Source: a virus
Lineage: Duplodnaviria > Caudoviricetes
IMG/VR virus record: IMGVR_UViG_3300037067_026422
DNA length: 64,000 nucleotides
Direction: 5' to 3' (one strand)
Of the stretch, positions 49,877-60,306 are shown one piece after another (the stretch's first letter is position 1; the number at the start of each line of letters is the position of its first letter). The notes below the pieces were generated by a model. That model saw nothing but the letters and a program-made list of their open reading frames with translations, did no database searches and was not told where the DNA came from. The translations under genes and the position numbers were made by a program.

Positions 49877-51447
49877 TAAAGACCACCAGTCCTATTAGAA
49901 CCCTGACTGGGCCACATCTCAGGAGACTTTTCCTCACATATATCTTCACATTTATCTATATCCTGATACTTAAATGGATCTGCACCTCCAAAATTACATT
50001 CTCTTAATGCCTTTTTTGACTCCTCAAGGTTTCTTATGCTGCTGTCGATCGATTCATTGGTCACACTATTATTAATAAGCAAAGCCTTCTCAACAATTTC
50101 ACAAATATCCGCCTGGGTGTACTTTCTTTCAATGATCAATTTAATATGATTTTTACATATGTCGTTATAAGACATAAACTCTTCTATTATTTCACTATCA
50201 GCCCTCTTATTCTTGTCATACCTGCATTTCATGATATCATATACTTCTTCATGATTTTTTGGGGTACCTATACGGATCACTTCGTCAAATCTTCCCGGAC
50301 GATTGATAAGGGAATAATGTACCAGACTGGTATCATTCACTGAGGCTATAAGAATAATGTTTAACAAATTGTCGACGTCATCTATCTGCTCCAGGAACTC
50401 CCCCAGTGTCTGCTTCTTATCCTTCAGCTCACAAGAATCCAAATCCTCTACAATTCCAACACATGGCTGGATATACCGCAAAGTCTGAAAAGTATCCCTG
50501 ATAGTCGAGGAGGAAGAAAAACAGTTGGGTCCTAAGTATACCATGGGATATTCAGTAATAATAGTCTCCAAGCAATGTATGATAGTCGATTTACCCGTCC
50601 CAGGAATACCCACAAGCGCAAACCCACGTTTTTTCTTTCTCTTAAGTACTTTTCTTATCTCTGCCGACAGTTTATTAATGTCAAGCTGTCTTGGTCTCTC
50701 TACCACTTCCTGTCTCGGGCATGTTTTCAATCCCCCAGGAGATAGTAACAGAACATTATGTTCAATATCAAAATGCTTGATGAATTCCTTATATATAAGA
50801 CTCCTTAAAACATATATCTTTGATATATTGTCCATGGTAGAGTATATATCGGAAAAACGCACATAGACATCCCCCTCAATGTTTCTGTACATACGAATCA
50901 TCCACACAAACTTAGTCCCATTCAGATCAATGACAGTAATCAAAGTACTATCATCTTCCTTATATGTATCTGAAATACTTTGAAGGTTGTCATATTGATG
51001 ATATCCCACTATCTGAAAAGACTCTGTCTTAGGTCTCTGCAACAACCACTGTGTAACTTCTTCCCCTATCTGAAAAGGATAATTATCAATATTAACCTTG
51101 TCCCCCTTTAACCCCAATATCCCCCTCACCTTTTCGAAATTCTCGTTGCTGACAGTATTCTTACCAGCTTTTATCCTATAGAACTTGTTTATCTTAGCTA
51201 CAAAATTAGAAATGAGCACCCCAGCCGGGATGCCATACTTCATTAGCGTGAGTACTGTCTGATATCTCTTATCCTTCTGTCGGAACCTCTTTAAAAAATC
51301 AAGAGTACTATCCGCTATATCCAGGATAAAATCTACCCCGGCATACTCACTAATAAGATATGTAATGAGTTTTGTATTTTGACTGTACCCCTCCCGAGCA
51401 ATAGTCGGAGCATTCTCATTACTGACCGCATATTTTCTTTTACTCAT
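49876..51447 (-). CDS. AAA+ ATPase
   Basis: Walker A GIPGTGKS, Walker B IVEDLD and second region of homology NRPGRFD. Confidence 0.88.
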   Translation of the reverse strand: MSKRKYAVSNENAPTIAREGYSQNTKLITYLISEYAGVDFILDIADSTLDFLKRFRQKDKRYQTVLTLMKYGIPAGVLISNFVAKINKFYRIKAGKNTVSNENFEKVRGILGLKGDKVNIDNYPFQIGEEVTQWLLQRPKTESFQIVGYHQYDNLQSISDTYKEDDSTLITVIDLNGTKFVWMIRMYRNIEGDVYVRFSDIYSTMDNISKIYVLRSLIYKEFIKHFDIEHNVLLLSPGGLKTCPRQEVVERPRQLDINKLSAEIRKVLKRKKKRGFALVGIPGTGKSTIIHCLETIITEYPMVYLGPNCFSSSSTIRDTFQTLRYIQPCVGIVEDLDSCELKDKKQTLGEFLEQIDDVDNLLNIILIASVNDTSLVHYSLINRPGRFDEVIRIGTPKNHEEVYDIMKCRYDKNKRADSEIIEEFMSYNDICKNHIKLIIERKYTQADICEIVEKALLINNSVTNESIDSSIRNLEESKKALRECNFGGADPFKYQDIDKCEDICEEKSPEMWPSQGSNRTGGL

Positions 51448-51552
51448 CTACCATAACCCCCCTGCCCATACTTCTTAGGGGTAGCTTTCTTCTGCTCAAC
51501 AGAATCTTTTACAAAATCCTTTTTAAGATCTTCCTTTGCCTTTTTCTTCATT

Positions 51553-52058
51553 TCATTCGAAAGCTTTTTCATACTCACTCCAAGTTAATGCTTCTTTACC
51601 CACTTTAAGGTCTTCAGTGATCCTGATCACCTTAAGACTATCTCTCCCAAATCCACTATGCACCTCATTAGCTACATCCAAGACAGCTTCCTTCTTAAGA
51701 TACCACCCCTCTTCACCCTTATCCTTAAAGTCCCCTCTACAAACATGGGTTCTCTGTATTTACTTAGGTTATACAATGGAGTCCCGTCACAGTCCCTGGA
51801 ATGACCTATCACCCACAATCGGGCATGCACCTTCTCACATGCCCCATCTCCATACCATTCATCATACTTTACTTCAACAAGAGTACCTATAGGGATGTCA
51901 TGCGTTTTTTCGAGGTTATTCTCCCGGATGGTTTTTCCATTTTCCTCAACGATGTCAGCAACATTAATGGCAATCGCACGTATTGGACTCAGAGGGGGAT
52001 TCTGGAGGTTCACAAGATACCCCCATAGTTTTTGGTAGCTTTGTACGTGATTTGTCAC
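51553..52058 (-). pseudogene. Hypothetical gene with an apparent frameshift near 51730
   Basis: ORF 51672-52058 continues plausibly in the -1 frame (DFKDKGEEGWYLKK...GFGRDSLKVI...AFE) to a TGA at 51553. Confidence 0.45.
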
Positions 52059-52485
52059 TCTTCCGTATTTTATATGATCTGATGTATAACTTGATATCTA
52101 TGATAGTATACTCCAAACAAAATCTTATAGTCCCAAAAAGAATCCTGAAGATATTAAACTTCTTAGCCTCAGTGACTCGGAGATCCTCGTTATCATGAAG
52201 CTTCCACCCGATCGAGTCATAGTCGATCTTATACTTACTACCACTCCACTTAGTCTCTTCATCTATAAGAGATGTAATCCTGGGTGCCTGCCCATTGTAC
52301 AGAATCTTCGGTCGGAAATCCCCATCTCCATCCGCAAAAAATGAAGTCCATCGACTGGCACCTGCAGACCCCAACACTTGCCAGGTCGCCAGCATATCCT
52401 CCAGAGCAATAGACTGCGGGATCGATAGATTTCGTATCCTGATCACCGCAGTGAACTTTTTATGTCTGAGACTATCTTTTTTCAT
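51964..52485 (-). CDS. Hypothetical protein
   Basis: G..GASRW..FFADGDGDFRP. Confidence 0.55.
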   Translation of the reverse strand: MKKDSLRHKKFTAVIRIRNLSIPQSIALEDMLATWQVLGSAGASRWTSFFADGDGDFRPKILYNGQAPRITSLIDEETKWSGSKYKIDYDSIGWKLHDNEDLRVTEAKKFNIFRILFGTIRFCLEYTIIDIKLYIRSYKIRKSDKSRTKLPKTMGVSCEPPESPSESNTCDCH

Positions 52486-52697
52486 TGGGATATATCATCT
52501 GGTGAACACGCTGGACAAACCAATATATTTTTCCACACTCTATCTGTACCACATATGCTGCAGGGTTCCTTTGGGGAGGCTATGTACAAAACTTTTTTCT
52601 CTAACCAGTCTACATAGTCTATATCTGGTTCATCTTGACAATTTATAGCTGGAATACCTTGTTCTTGAAAAAATAATTCTCGAAGAGTCTTATTCAC
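52482..52697 (-). CDS. Hypothetical Zn-ribbon protein
   Basis: CSICG...CPAC. Confidence 0.45.
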   Translation of the reverse strand: MNKTLRELFFQEQGIPAINCQDEPDIDYVDWLEKKVLYIASPKEPCSICGTDRVWKNILVCPACSPDDISQ

Positions 52698-52712
52698 TAT
52701 AAATCCACCTTT

Positions 52713-53243
52713 TCATTTTACAAAATTTGTTCCACCAAACAAAGCATAGCAGGTAAGAACCGATGTAGCTAAACCGGCTACAAATCCTAAGTATCCGAGA
52801 TTCTTTTCAAGCCAGCTGCGTTCAGCCTTCTTATTCAGTTCCTTAATCTCTTTCTGATATAAAACTTCCGCAGATTTCGCCTTATCATAATACTCTCTCA
52901 TTAAATATTTCGAGTATATAAGTTCTTTTTGCTGGCGCTCCCACCCTGCCTTGTAAAATACATACAGAGCCCCCTTCCGGTCACTAATCACAAGACCAGC
53001 AGGCAGTCTGGTAGTATCCTTATTGATCCCTATAAGCTTCCCGCCTTCTATAGGAATAGTCTGAAAGTCCTCATAGGTGGAATCAACAACTCTGGCAGTG
53101 TCATCAAGCTTAAACGGCTGTATACTATCCAGATCCAGATATCCTGGCATGAAACTATACCCCAGAGGAGGATCATTACTAACAATTTTTGGAGTACAGG
53201 AAGCCATGAACAACAGAAAAATTCCAGTTACAATATGTTTCAT
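52713..53243 (-). CDS. Lipoprotein with a C-terminal TM helix (spanin-like architecture)
   Basis: Lipobox-like FMASC after a hydrophobic signal; C-terminal LGYLGFVAGLATSVLTCYALF. Confidence 0.55.
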   Translation of the reverse strand: MKHIVTGIFLLFMASCTPKIVSNDPPLGYSFMPGYLDLDSIQPFKLDDTARVVDSTYEDFQTIPIEGGKLIGINKDTTRLPAGLVISDRKGALYVFYKAGWERQQKELIYSKYLMREYYDKAKSAEVLYQKEIKELNKKAERSWLEKNLGYLGFVAGLATSVLTCYALFGGTNFVK

Positions 53244-53250
53244 AGTAACT

Positions 53251-53637
53251 TTACCCTACCATCGATGCAAGACGTTTGCGACGTTCAGTCTTATCTTCAA
53301 TTTTCTTTACTTCCTCTAACTGTTTAACAATTTCTTCATTTTTTGTTTTAGCTGCAGATACTTCTATGGCAGTCTCCATCTGAACTTCTTCTAATCGTTC
53401 CTTGAGCTTTCCCATCTCTTTTTCAAGATCCTTATCCCCAGATTGACTACCAGAAGAAATAACTTTCCCTTTAGATCCGGAGATGATTCGGAGTATAAGA
53501 AGTGCTGCAAAGGGTGCCAGGATCAACGCATATTTCCAGTTACTTTTTACGAAAGGAGTATTCCTGAAGATGATAAAAAATATTCCTACCACAGTGATAC
53601 CTATTAAACAAGGCCATTCCCATGACATGTATACCAC
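53251..53637 (-). CDS. Membrane protein with a C-terminal coiled coil
   Basis: Two TM segments followed by an E/K-rich heptad region. Confidence 0.55.
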   Translation of the reverse strand: MVYMSWEWPCLIGITVVGIFFIIFRNTPFVKSNWKYALILAPFAALLILRIISGSKGKVISSGSQSGDKDLEKEMGKLKERLEEVQMETAIEVSAAKTKNEEIVKQLEEVKKIEDKTERRKRLASMVG

Positions 53638-53729
53638 CTTTTGAGAATTTTTTTGAAATAAATAAAAAAATGTTCCTTATTCACATAGAGAACATAATTC
53701 CTGGTAAAATTATTATAAACTAAAATTTT

Positions 53730-54860
53730 TTAGTTTTCTTCCATAATCCTCTTCAACCGATCCGACCCTACTACAGAATCAGGAAGAATATTAAAGGTAG
53801 GACGAACTCTTCGGTGTATCCCCAACCATAGCTTGTTAAAATTCTTCTTATAATAATAAATCAACTCTCCAGCCAACTTTCCATAACGATCCTGCGCCGT
53901 CAGAAAAAAAGTTTTATGATCAACTTCTGCTGGCAGAATTTTCATCAATTCTTCATAGGTATCTTTCACCTTATTAAAAGGGTCATGGTGGAGGTCATAG
54001 ATTTGATGATATAAAGTATTCGTCATCTCACGAAACTCCTCCGGGATCCCCATCAAAAAATCTTTAGGGATATCCATTGCTTCTAAATCCCAAGCACCCC
54101 AAAATGCCAAAGGAGTCATATGGGACAATATCCGATGAATCTTACAATATTCATCCCCTTTGACTTTTATTTTAAAACCATTATGAAACGTTACTACAAA
54201 ACCTTCTTCAGTACATGGAAGCTTTTTGCAGTACTCATAGAGCTCATCAAGATCCCGAAACTCCACTGCCTCAACCACCGTAGCTCCGATTCTCTCTCCT
54301 TCGATTTTCATAGAAGCATAGGGCATTTCATTTCCAGTAGTGTTCTCGATGATCCCAAGCAAAACCATATCTTCACGATCTCCGTAATCTACCACAATCT
54401 TATTTTCTGGATAGATGATTTCAAAAAGATAAGAGTATCCTGGCAATATTTCCTGGTGTTTTATATGCTCCCGAAACCACTTTGTAGCCCATGCTGCCTG
54501 TTCTGATTCAAAAGACCCTTTAGTGGCTACATGCCATTGATTTTTGTATTTGAATAATAACCCAAGCGAGCCATCAATCTTGGTAAGCGTCAAGAAAGGT
54601 TTTCTGGCAAGCTCATAAAGATTGATCTTGCCCACAAGCTCAGATGCATTATGAAATTTTTGAAAAGGACGGCAAAGTACCTCTCCAGTAACTTTATTAA
54701 AAATGATTCCCCGGGCAGCACGGGTGACTTCATCCCAAAGACCCTCGTATTGACACTCTCTGGAATAGCAAAACAAAACAAGATCTTCCCATTCCTTGTG
54801 GGTGACCTGGGGATGCTCATAAAATTCTTTCAACAAAGGTAATGTAGTCATTTTGTCCAA
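53730..54860 (-). CDS. T4 Rnl1-like RNA ligase
   Basis: ARGIIF, PFQKF, motif I KIDGSL, EIIYPENKIVVDY, EGFVV and KVKGDEY. Confidence 0.9.
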   Translation of the reverse strand: MDKMTTLPLLKEFYEHPQVTHKEWEDLVLFCYSRECQYEGLWDEVTRAARGIIFNKVTGEVLCRPFQKFHNASELVGKINLYELARKPFLTLTKIDGSLGLLFKYKNQWHVATKGSFESEQAAWATKWFREHIKHQEILPGYSYLFEIIYPENKIVVDYGDREDMVLLGIIENTTGNEMPYASMKIEGERIGATVVEAVEFRDLDELYEYCKKLPCTEEGFVVTFHNGFKIKVKGDEYCKIHRILSHMTPLAFWGAWDLEAMDIPKDFLMGIPEEFREMTNTLYHQIYDLHHDPFNKVKDTYEELMKILPAEVDHKTFFLTAQDRYGKLAGELIYYYKKNFNKLWLGIHRRVRPTFNILPDSVVGSDRLKRIMEEN

Positions 54861-55339
54861 AACTCCGGATGATCAAAAAGTATTTTGGAGATTTCCGGGA
54901 ATTCATTAATCAAAAGAGGTATCTCCACCATTTTACCAAGATAAATCGAGCGGATCAAAATACCAAGAGTCCGTATTTTATTTTTTACCATAATATCCCA
55001 GTTCTTTTCAAAATAATCATACTCCTGATCAGTAAATATTTTATCCACAGCTATAACTTTGTTAGTCCCATCCAAATAAGTTACACTCTGGTTGATCCCT
55101 GTAGCTAATTTACAATCAGTAGTTCTGATTCCTTGGGTATCACTGATATGCAACTCCCGAATAATGTCTAGCACACCCCCCGGAGTCAAAGAAGACATCT
55201 CAGAAAAAGTTATTGCCTTATACTGCCTAAAGATTTCAAGATCAAAAGAACTAAACTCTTTTATACGAGAGCCATTCTTACCAAATATCAGGATAGCAGC
55301 ATGATAGTTGAACTCGTCTTTTTCAAAAGAAATATCCAT
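54848..55339 (-). CDS. Hypothetical protein
   Basis: Start probably at MDISFEK, just after the upstream stop. Confidence 0.5.
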   Translation of the reverse strand: MDISFEKDEFNYHAAILIFGKNGSRIKEFSSFDLEIFRQYKAITFSEMSSLTPGGVLDIIRELHISDTQGIRTTDCKLATGINQSVTYLDGTNKVIAVDKIFTDQEYDYFEKNWDIMVKNKIRTLGILIRSIYLGKMVEIPLLINEFPEISKILFDHPEFWTK

Positions 55340-55340
55340 A

Positions 55341-55598
55341 CTATACCTTATTAGAATTATTTCTTTGATAAATATGATTACATGTCTTGCAGTATGATGA
55401 GGGGATATGTTCATCCTTTTTATTCCAGCTATCAAGAGGAATTTTGGTAGTCATAACTTTGCTATTTCCACATAATGCTGGACGTGCTGTATCTCCACTC
55501 TCCGAAAGATGATAGCGCCATACACCTTCAACACCCTCAACTATTTTTAAAGAATTAGGTTCAGCTTTTTTATAATTTAATTCTGCATGTCTACCCAT
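55341..55598 (-). CDS. Hypothetical protein
   Basis: YHLS..ALCG..YCKTC. Confidence 0.55.
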   Translation of the reverse strand: MGRHAELNYKKAEPNSLKIVEGVEGVWRYHLSESGDTARPALCGNSKVMTTKIPLDSWNKKDEHIPSSYCKTCNHIYQRNNSNKV

Positions 55599-55602
55599 TA
55601 TA

Positions 55603-55881
55603 CTATCTCTTCTTCTTTTTCTTCATGCATACTCCAAAACTTCCTCTGCCCCTGACCCACTTTATCCATTTCTGGACTGCCGGATGAACACGGAGCTTAT
55701 CCATAGTATTATACAGATCCCGAAGCTCATTATTCGAAAAAAGCTGGTGGATCTGATCCCCGCAATCAATGCATACAATTTCAGCATTTTTACCCCCCTT
55801 TGCTGCTGGCACCAGATGATGCTTTTCCATATAGGATTTATGTGGGACATTTCTTCCACATAATGAGCACCTATCACCCAT
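55603..55881 (-). CDS. Small HNH-type (Zn) nuclease-like protein
   Basis: CSLCGR, HHLVP and VCIDC..QIH. Confidence 0.7.
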   Translation of the reverse strand: MGDRCSLCGRNVPHKSYMEKHHLVPAAKGGKNAEIVCIDCGDQIHQLFSNNELRDLYNTMDKLRVHPAVQKWIKWVRGRGSFGVCMKKKKKR

Positions 55882-55939
55882 ATCAGTATTCTTTACTATT
55901 ATACTTTTTTAGAACCAATATTTTAAGCACTATCGCAAA

Positions 55940-56476
55940 TTATTCAGAGAAAAGAAATTTCTTCAAGTTTTCAGAATGCTTAAATACAAAAGGGTCTGCA
56001 TAGAACATCTCTGTTTGTATGCTCCTATAAAGGTATAGATTTACCTTAAGAGTATAGAAATTCTCTGTATAGCGGATATTTTTCAAAATGACCTTTTTTA
56101 GCTCTGCTGATTTACTCTTATTCAAGGCAATCAAAGTGTCCCTCGTCCAACTGATTGTATGCTCATCTCGAAGCCTCTTAAAAATACTGATGAACAACAA
56201 CTTTTCAGATTTTGATATGACATCCTCAGGGCTATACATATTGGAGAATAAATACAGGAACCATCTGTATGTCCCGCATATAAGATCAGGGGGAATATAA
56301 TCAGGAGTATTATCATCCAGACTACAATGTAGTTTGGTTTTTGATAACTCTATAAGCATTATAATTTTATCCTGCTTAGTCACTACCACAACCTTTAGGT
56401 TTATATATACCCTTTTCCCGTACCACTTTATCATAGTAATAAACAGGAGGAACTCCCTGAACTTCCATACCATCAT
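55940..56476 (-). CDS. Hypothetical protein
   Basis: ORF in the array; true start probably near 56359. Confidence 0.45.
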   Translation of the reverse strand: MMVWKFREFLLFITMIKWYGKRVYINLKVVVVTKQDKIIMLIELSKTKLHCSLDDNTPDYIPPDLICGTYRWFLYLFSNMYSPEDVISKSEKLLFISIFKRLRDEHTISWTRDTLIALNKSKSAELKKVILKNIRYTENFYTLKVNLYLYRSIQTEMFYADPFVFKHSENLKKFLFSE

Positions 56477-57257
56477 CTTTGGCGATTACCCTGTAATCTG
56501 GATTGTATTCATTTTTGGCGATGTCCCCAACAATCTTCATATCCTCAAAACAAGCTAAGATTTTTCCGCCGAGAGTATGTCCCCCTATTAGTATAGTCTT
56601 ATATCCCTTACAACAAGTACAAAGATCCCCAAATTTCTTATACTCGAAATCTACAAAATTCCAATCCTCGATATCATAGGTACGTGCTTCTGTATTATCT
56701 TTACCCCGGTCATACCCCTTGAAATCCTGTACTTTAAAATCTATCCCACGAACCTTCCATATCCGTTTATGATCTCTTACAATTTTTCGTTCTCCAGGGA
56801 AGAGCAGCTCTTTCACATATACGTTGATACCATTTTCATGCAGATATAAGACATTATCCTCATACTTTTTCACGAGTTCAGGGATATGCCCTATCATTCT
56901 ACGGTGAAAAGTAAAACCTACCCGATGTATTCTATCTTTATATGGTAGAATCCGGGCATAATTCTCACGCTTTTGAAGACCATTAGTCAAAAAATCAAAA
57001 TGTTCAAGTGAGGTAGATCTTATCACAGTACAGATAGTATTAATATTGGTATCCATGAATGGTTCGCCACCATGGAAATGCATCCTGATATCCTCTGCAT
57101 CACCCAAATGAGTAATACGAAAAATATTATATTGATCTATCGTGAAAGATTGATGCTTGGTATAGTTGGAAATAAAACGCTCATAATGAAAACAATAACT
57201 GCATCGAAGATTACACTCAAAAGGGATAGGATAGGCTATATAGTATTTCATGATCAT
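56376..57257 (-). CDS. Radical SAM protein
   Basis: CNLRCSYC, GGEP and TNG; C-terminal Cys residues. Confidence 0.88.
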   Translation of the reverse strand: MIMKYYIAYPIPFECNLRCSYCFHYERFISNYTKHQSFTIDQYNIFRITHLGDAEDIRMHFHGGEPFMDTNINTICTVIRSTSLEHFDFLTNGLQKRENYARILPYKDRIHRVGFTFHRRMIGHIPELVKKYEDNVLYLHENGINVYVKELLFPGERKIVRDHKRIWKVRGIDFKVQDFKGYDRGKDNTEARTYDIEDWNFVDFEYKKFGDLCTCCKGYKTILIGGHTLGGKILACFEDMKIVGDIAKNEYNPDYRVIAKDDGMEVQGVPPVYYYDKVVREKGIYKPKGCGSD

Positions 57258-57298
57258 TTATTTCCATATTTTTTCTTATATAAGAAAAATTCCTGCCT

Positions 57299-58591
57299 CT
57301 AATCCATTTCAAAACTGGTTATATCCAGGTCATCTTTCCAGGGTAACAACTGCGCTCTATTTTTTTGACGTTTCAGTACCCTTAATGATCTGAGACAAGT
57401 CTGTCGTATGCCTTCAGTGGTAGTCTTAAGATTTTCACCTATCTCCGATAACGTTTTAATTCTACCATCATCAAGTCCATACCTCATTAATATCGCTTGT
57501 CGCTCTTTTACACGAAGGGTACTCAGCAGTATATTTATCTTATCACGCAAAGCTTCAAAAGACAACCTATCTAATGTATTCTCAACGGATATGTCTTCAA
57601 TAAGATCACTCAAGGTAGAATCACTCTCAAGAGTTGTTTCCATGTCCAAATATACCATGTTTATAGAACACTCATAAGCTTTCAGGACTTTATCTACTGA
57701 TATACCTATTCCAGAAGCTATCTCTTCGATTGATGGATTTCTACCATGTGTACTGCGGTAAGAATTTATATAATGATCCATATGATGCATAATCCCAGCA
57801 ATATTAGTAGGAATTCTGATCGTTCTTGATCTTTCATTTAGTGCCCGGGTAATAGACTGCTTCACCCACCATGTAGCATATGTACTGAATTTATATCCTT
57901 TTTTATAATCAAAGTTTTCAGCAGCTTTTATAAGCCCACGATTACCTTCCTGAATAAGATCTGCTATTTCCATTCCATTGTTTTGATAACGTTTGGATAT
58001 GGTAACAACTAATCTAATATTAGCTTCTATGAGTTTGGATCTGGCAGTATTGTACAAATTTTCAGAATCATATAAAAAATCAAGCCCTTCAACATTTCCA
58101 ACTCGGATAAGCCCCTTTTTATGTATACTCAGAATATCGCTTACCCAGCTATTGTTAAAGTGTATCAATCGACAAAGACCCACGTAATTATCTTCAGCAT
58201 CTCTTATGAAAGATGCAAATTTTTCACTCTTCTTTTTAGGGAGCTGCTTACGTAAAGAAATAAGCTTGTCTTGCTCGGAGATTATTAAATGAATACGGTC
58301 TATGAATTCTTTTTGCTGCTGGCCTACCTCAGAAGATGTCCCATCTACCCGAACAATATCCCTAAAACTAATCTTACCCTCATTTATTTTTTCAAGAATA
58401 TTTGTAAAGATATTAAAGGTAAGTGGATCTCTAAAAGCCTTATCCAACATCTCCAGCTGAGCATAGCGCATTAAAATCGCTTGCTGAGCCTCCTCTCCCT
58501 TATTTATAAGGGAATACTTTTTAAGGCCATTTAAGTATATCTGGGTAGAATTATTACTGTCTATTTTTAGGCTCTTATGGTATAAATTCAT
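57299..58591 (-). CDS. RpoD-like sigma70 factor
   Basis: [22 protein letters not shown]...FD...[17 protein letters not shown] and region 4 TLSEIG. Confidence 0.92.
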   Translation of the reverse strand: MNLYHKSLKIDSNNSTQIYLNGLKKYSLINKGEEAQQAILMRYAQLEMLDKAFRDPLTFNIFTNILEKINEGKISFRDIVRVDGTSSEVGQQQKEFIDRIHLIISEQDKLISLRKQLPKKKSEKFASFIRDAEDNYVGLCRLIHFNNSWVSDILSIHKKGLIRVGNVEGLDFLYDSENLYNTARSKLIEANIRLVVTISKRYQNNGMEIADLIQEGNRGLIKAAENFDYKKGYKFSTYATWWVKQSITRALNERSRTIRIPTNIAGIMHHMDHYINSYRSTHGRNPSIEEIASGIGISVDKVLKAYECSINMVYLDMETTLESDSTLSDLIEDISVENTLDRLSFEALRDKINILLSTLRVKERQAILMRYGLDDGRIKTLSEIGENLKTTTEGIRQTCLRSLRVLKRQKNRAQLLPWKDDLDITSFEMD

Positions 58592-58621
58592 AGCTCACTA
58601 TAAATCTACATTTTACACCAT

Positions 58622-59260
58622 TTACCCACAAGAAGCAATATTAAAATCATTTAAAGAAATAAGATAATTTTCTTTATTCCCTGTTCTGATGTATCTAATA
58701 ATAGACTCAGTACCTACCACTACAGCTAACAGGGCTATATTTCGAGCAAGAGGATACTCACAAACATCAAGACCTGTAGATTTACTTGGAACCCGATATC
58801 GTTCATTCCAGGTTACTTCTGCACAATCCTGTGCCAAACCAATATGCAGACAATCAATTTTATTGTCTCGACAGTAATCAGTCACGATTTTTCGGCTTTC
58901 AGAATTATCAAACCCATCTACTACAATAGTTCCGGGTTTTAACAGCTTCTTTACATTGGCTGCAGTAAGCTCCTGGGAGATTGAATCAATAGATATCTTC
59001 ATGGCAAAAAACAGATAATTTTTAAGTGCTGCGGTTTTGAGTTGACCCACATCCCGACTGGTCCATATCTGATTGTTCCGATTATGATCAGCCACACGAT
59101 CCATGTCAATCACCGTGAGCTTCTGAAAACCCTGCCTGACCAGATTATTGGCAAGATTTGAACCTATAGCTCCGACACCACACAACGTAATGGGTTGTGC
59201 TGCAAGTTTTTTCAGAAGATCCACCCCACGGTAGACCTCTTCATGTACAAAAGTTTTCAT
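58622..59260 (-). CDS. ThiF/E1-like adenylyltransferase
   Basis: CGVGAIGS, IDMDRV...N.N.Q, DVGQLK and VDGFDN. Confidence 0.88.
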   Translation of the reverse strand: MKTFVHEEVYRGVDLLKKLAAQPITLCGVGAIGSNLANNLVRQGFQKLTVIDMDRVADHNRNNQIWTSRDVGQLKTAALKNYLFFAMKISIDSISQELTAANVKKLLKPGTIVVDGFDNSESRKIVTDYCRDNKIDCLHIGLAQDCAEVTWNERYRVPSKSTGLDVCEYPLARNIALLAVVVGTESIIRYIRTGNKENYLISLNDFNIASCG

Positions 59261-59460
59261 AGATTCTCTTCAATCATTTTTTTTGTCTGTTCTTGCTCTG
59301 AATAAAGCATAAGAGAACACAAGTTAAAATCTTCTTTTTGTCTGTTCATTGAAGCATCAAACCAGCTACACTGACCTACATGATAACCTATCGTATCTAA
59401 GGTCATTTTAGGTCCTCCAGATTTCAATTGTACAACATCACCTTGCTTTAAATCTGACAT
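59257..59460 (-). CDS. YodC/DUF2158-like small protein
   Basis: GDVVQLKSGGPKMT..C.WF. Confidence 0.75.
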   Translation of the reverse strand: MSDLKQGDVVQLKSGGPKMTLDTIGYHVGQCSWFDASMNRQKEDFNLCSLMLYSEQEQTKKMIEENL

Positions 59461-59595
59461 AAAACCTTTTCCTTCAAAGTTATACAAGCTTAACTTCATA
59501 TGGTTGATAACGGGCACCGTAGAGTCCCGTAAGAAATCGAGTCAATATATTCCTATCTCCCCAATATACTATTTTATAATGAGAGATGTAAAATT

Positions 59596-59970
59596 TTACT
59601 GCTTATCCCAAGATATTCTTACCCAGTAATATGTCGGTTGCTCTTCAGTAGTTTCTTCTCTTACGGGAGTATGACTCGTTATTTCGGTAGTATATCCATT
59701 ACTCTCTACCGCTTTAGCAACAACCATTGCCTGGCAGAGAGCATACTCATCCGAGTCCTCACAAGAATAAAGTACCCTATTCTCTTTGTTAAGGATAGCT
59801 TTTTTAATATTTTCTTCTATGCCCTTTAAAGTTACTGACAAGCGTTTTTCTAACCTTTCCTTATATCCTTCCATGTATTCTTTATGGGCCCTTTCCCTTT
59901 TAGCACTCTCGATGTCTTGTTCGTTTTGAGCTAATTTTGCAAGAACATTCGCTTCTTTAGCTGATAGCAT
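59596..59970 (-). CDS. Hypothetical protein
   Basis: GGAGG RBS before the ATG at 59970. Confidence 0.6.
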   Translation of the reverse strand: MLSAKEANVLAKLAQNEQDIESAKRERAHKEYMEGYKERLEKRLSVTLKGIEENIKKAILNKENRVLYSCEDSDEYALCQAMVVAKAVESNGYTTEITSHTPVREETTEEQPTYYWVRISWDKQ

Positions 59971-59984
59971 AAAAACCTCCACAT

Positions 59985-60019
59985 AATAAAAGAGGGACCC
60001 CTTTACCCGGAGGCCCCTC
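59985..60019 (-). terminator. Rho-independent terminator
   Basis: GAGGGGCCTC-CGGGTAAA-GGGGTCCCTC followed by TTTTATT on the minus strand. Confidence 0.7.
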
Positions 60020-60065
60020 AAGTAAATTATCTTTGCAGAGGCATACGCCCCTACTGTGATAGTTT

Positions 60066-60229
60066 AATGATCAAGAATCAATAACCATCGCCACTTATAA
60101 TAATTCTCCCCCTCTACCGACTGAGGTACAGACCCTCTTAATCCTTTTGTGGTAAGGACTTAGAGGGTCTGAGCGGAATTGAACCGCTGACCGGAGTTTG
60201 CTATGGCTCCCTATCAATTTTTGATCATT
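60066..60229 (-). ncRNA. Circularly permuted tRNA-mimic RNA B (YrlA-like architecture)
   Basis: Minus strand reads CTCC-GGTC-AGCGG TTCAATT CCGCT-CAGACCC-[29-nt hairpin linker]-GGGTCTG-TA-CCTC AGTCGGTA GAGG-G-GGAG; the flanks pair (AATGATCAA/TTGATCATT). Confidence 0.8.
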
Positions 60230-60306
60230 CTCATGTTTTGAGTCTGGGACAATCAAAACACTAACACAAAATTTTAAACTGGTACGCAAAAAGATAAAAA
60301 TAAGAT

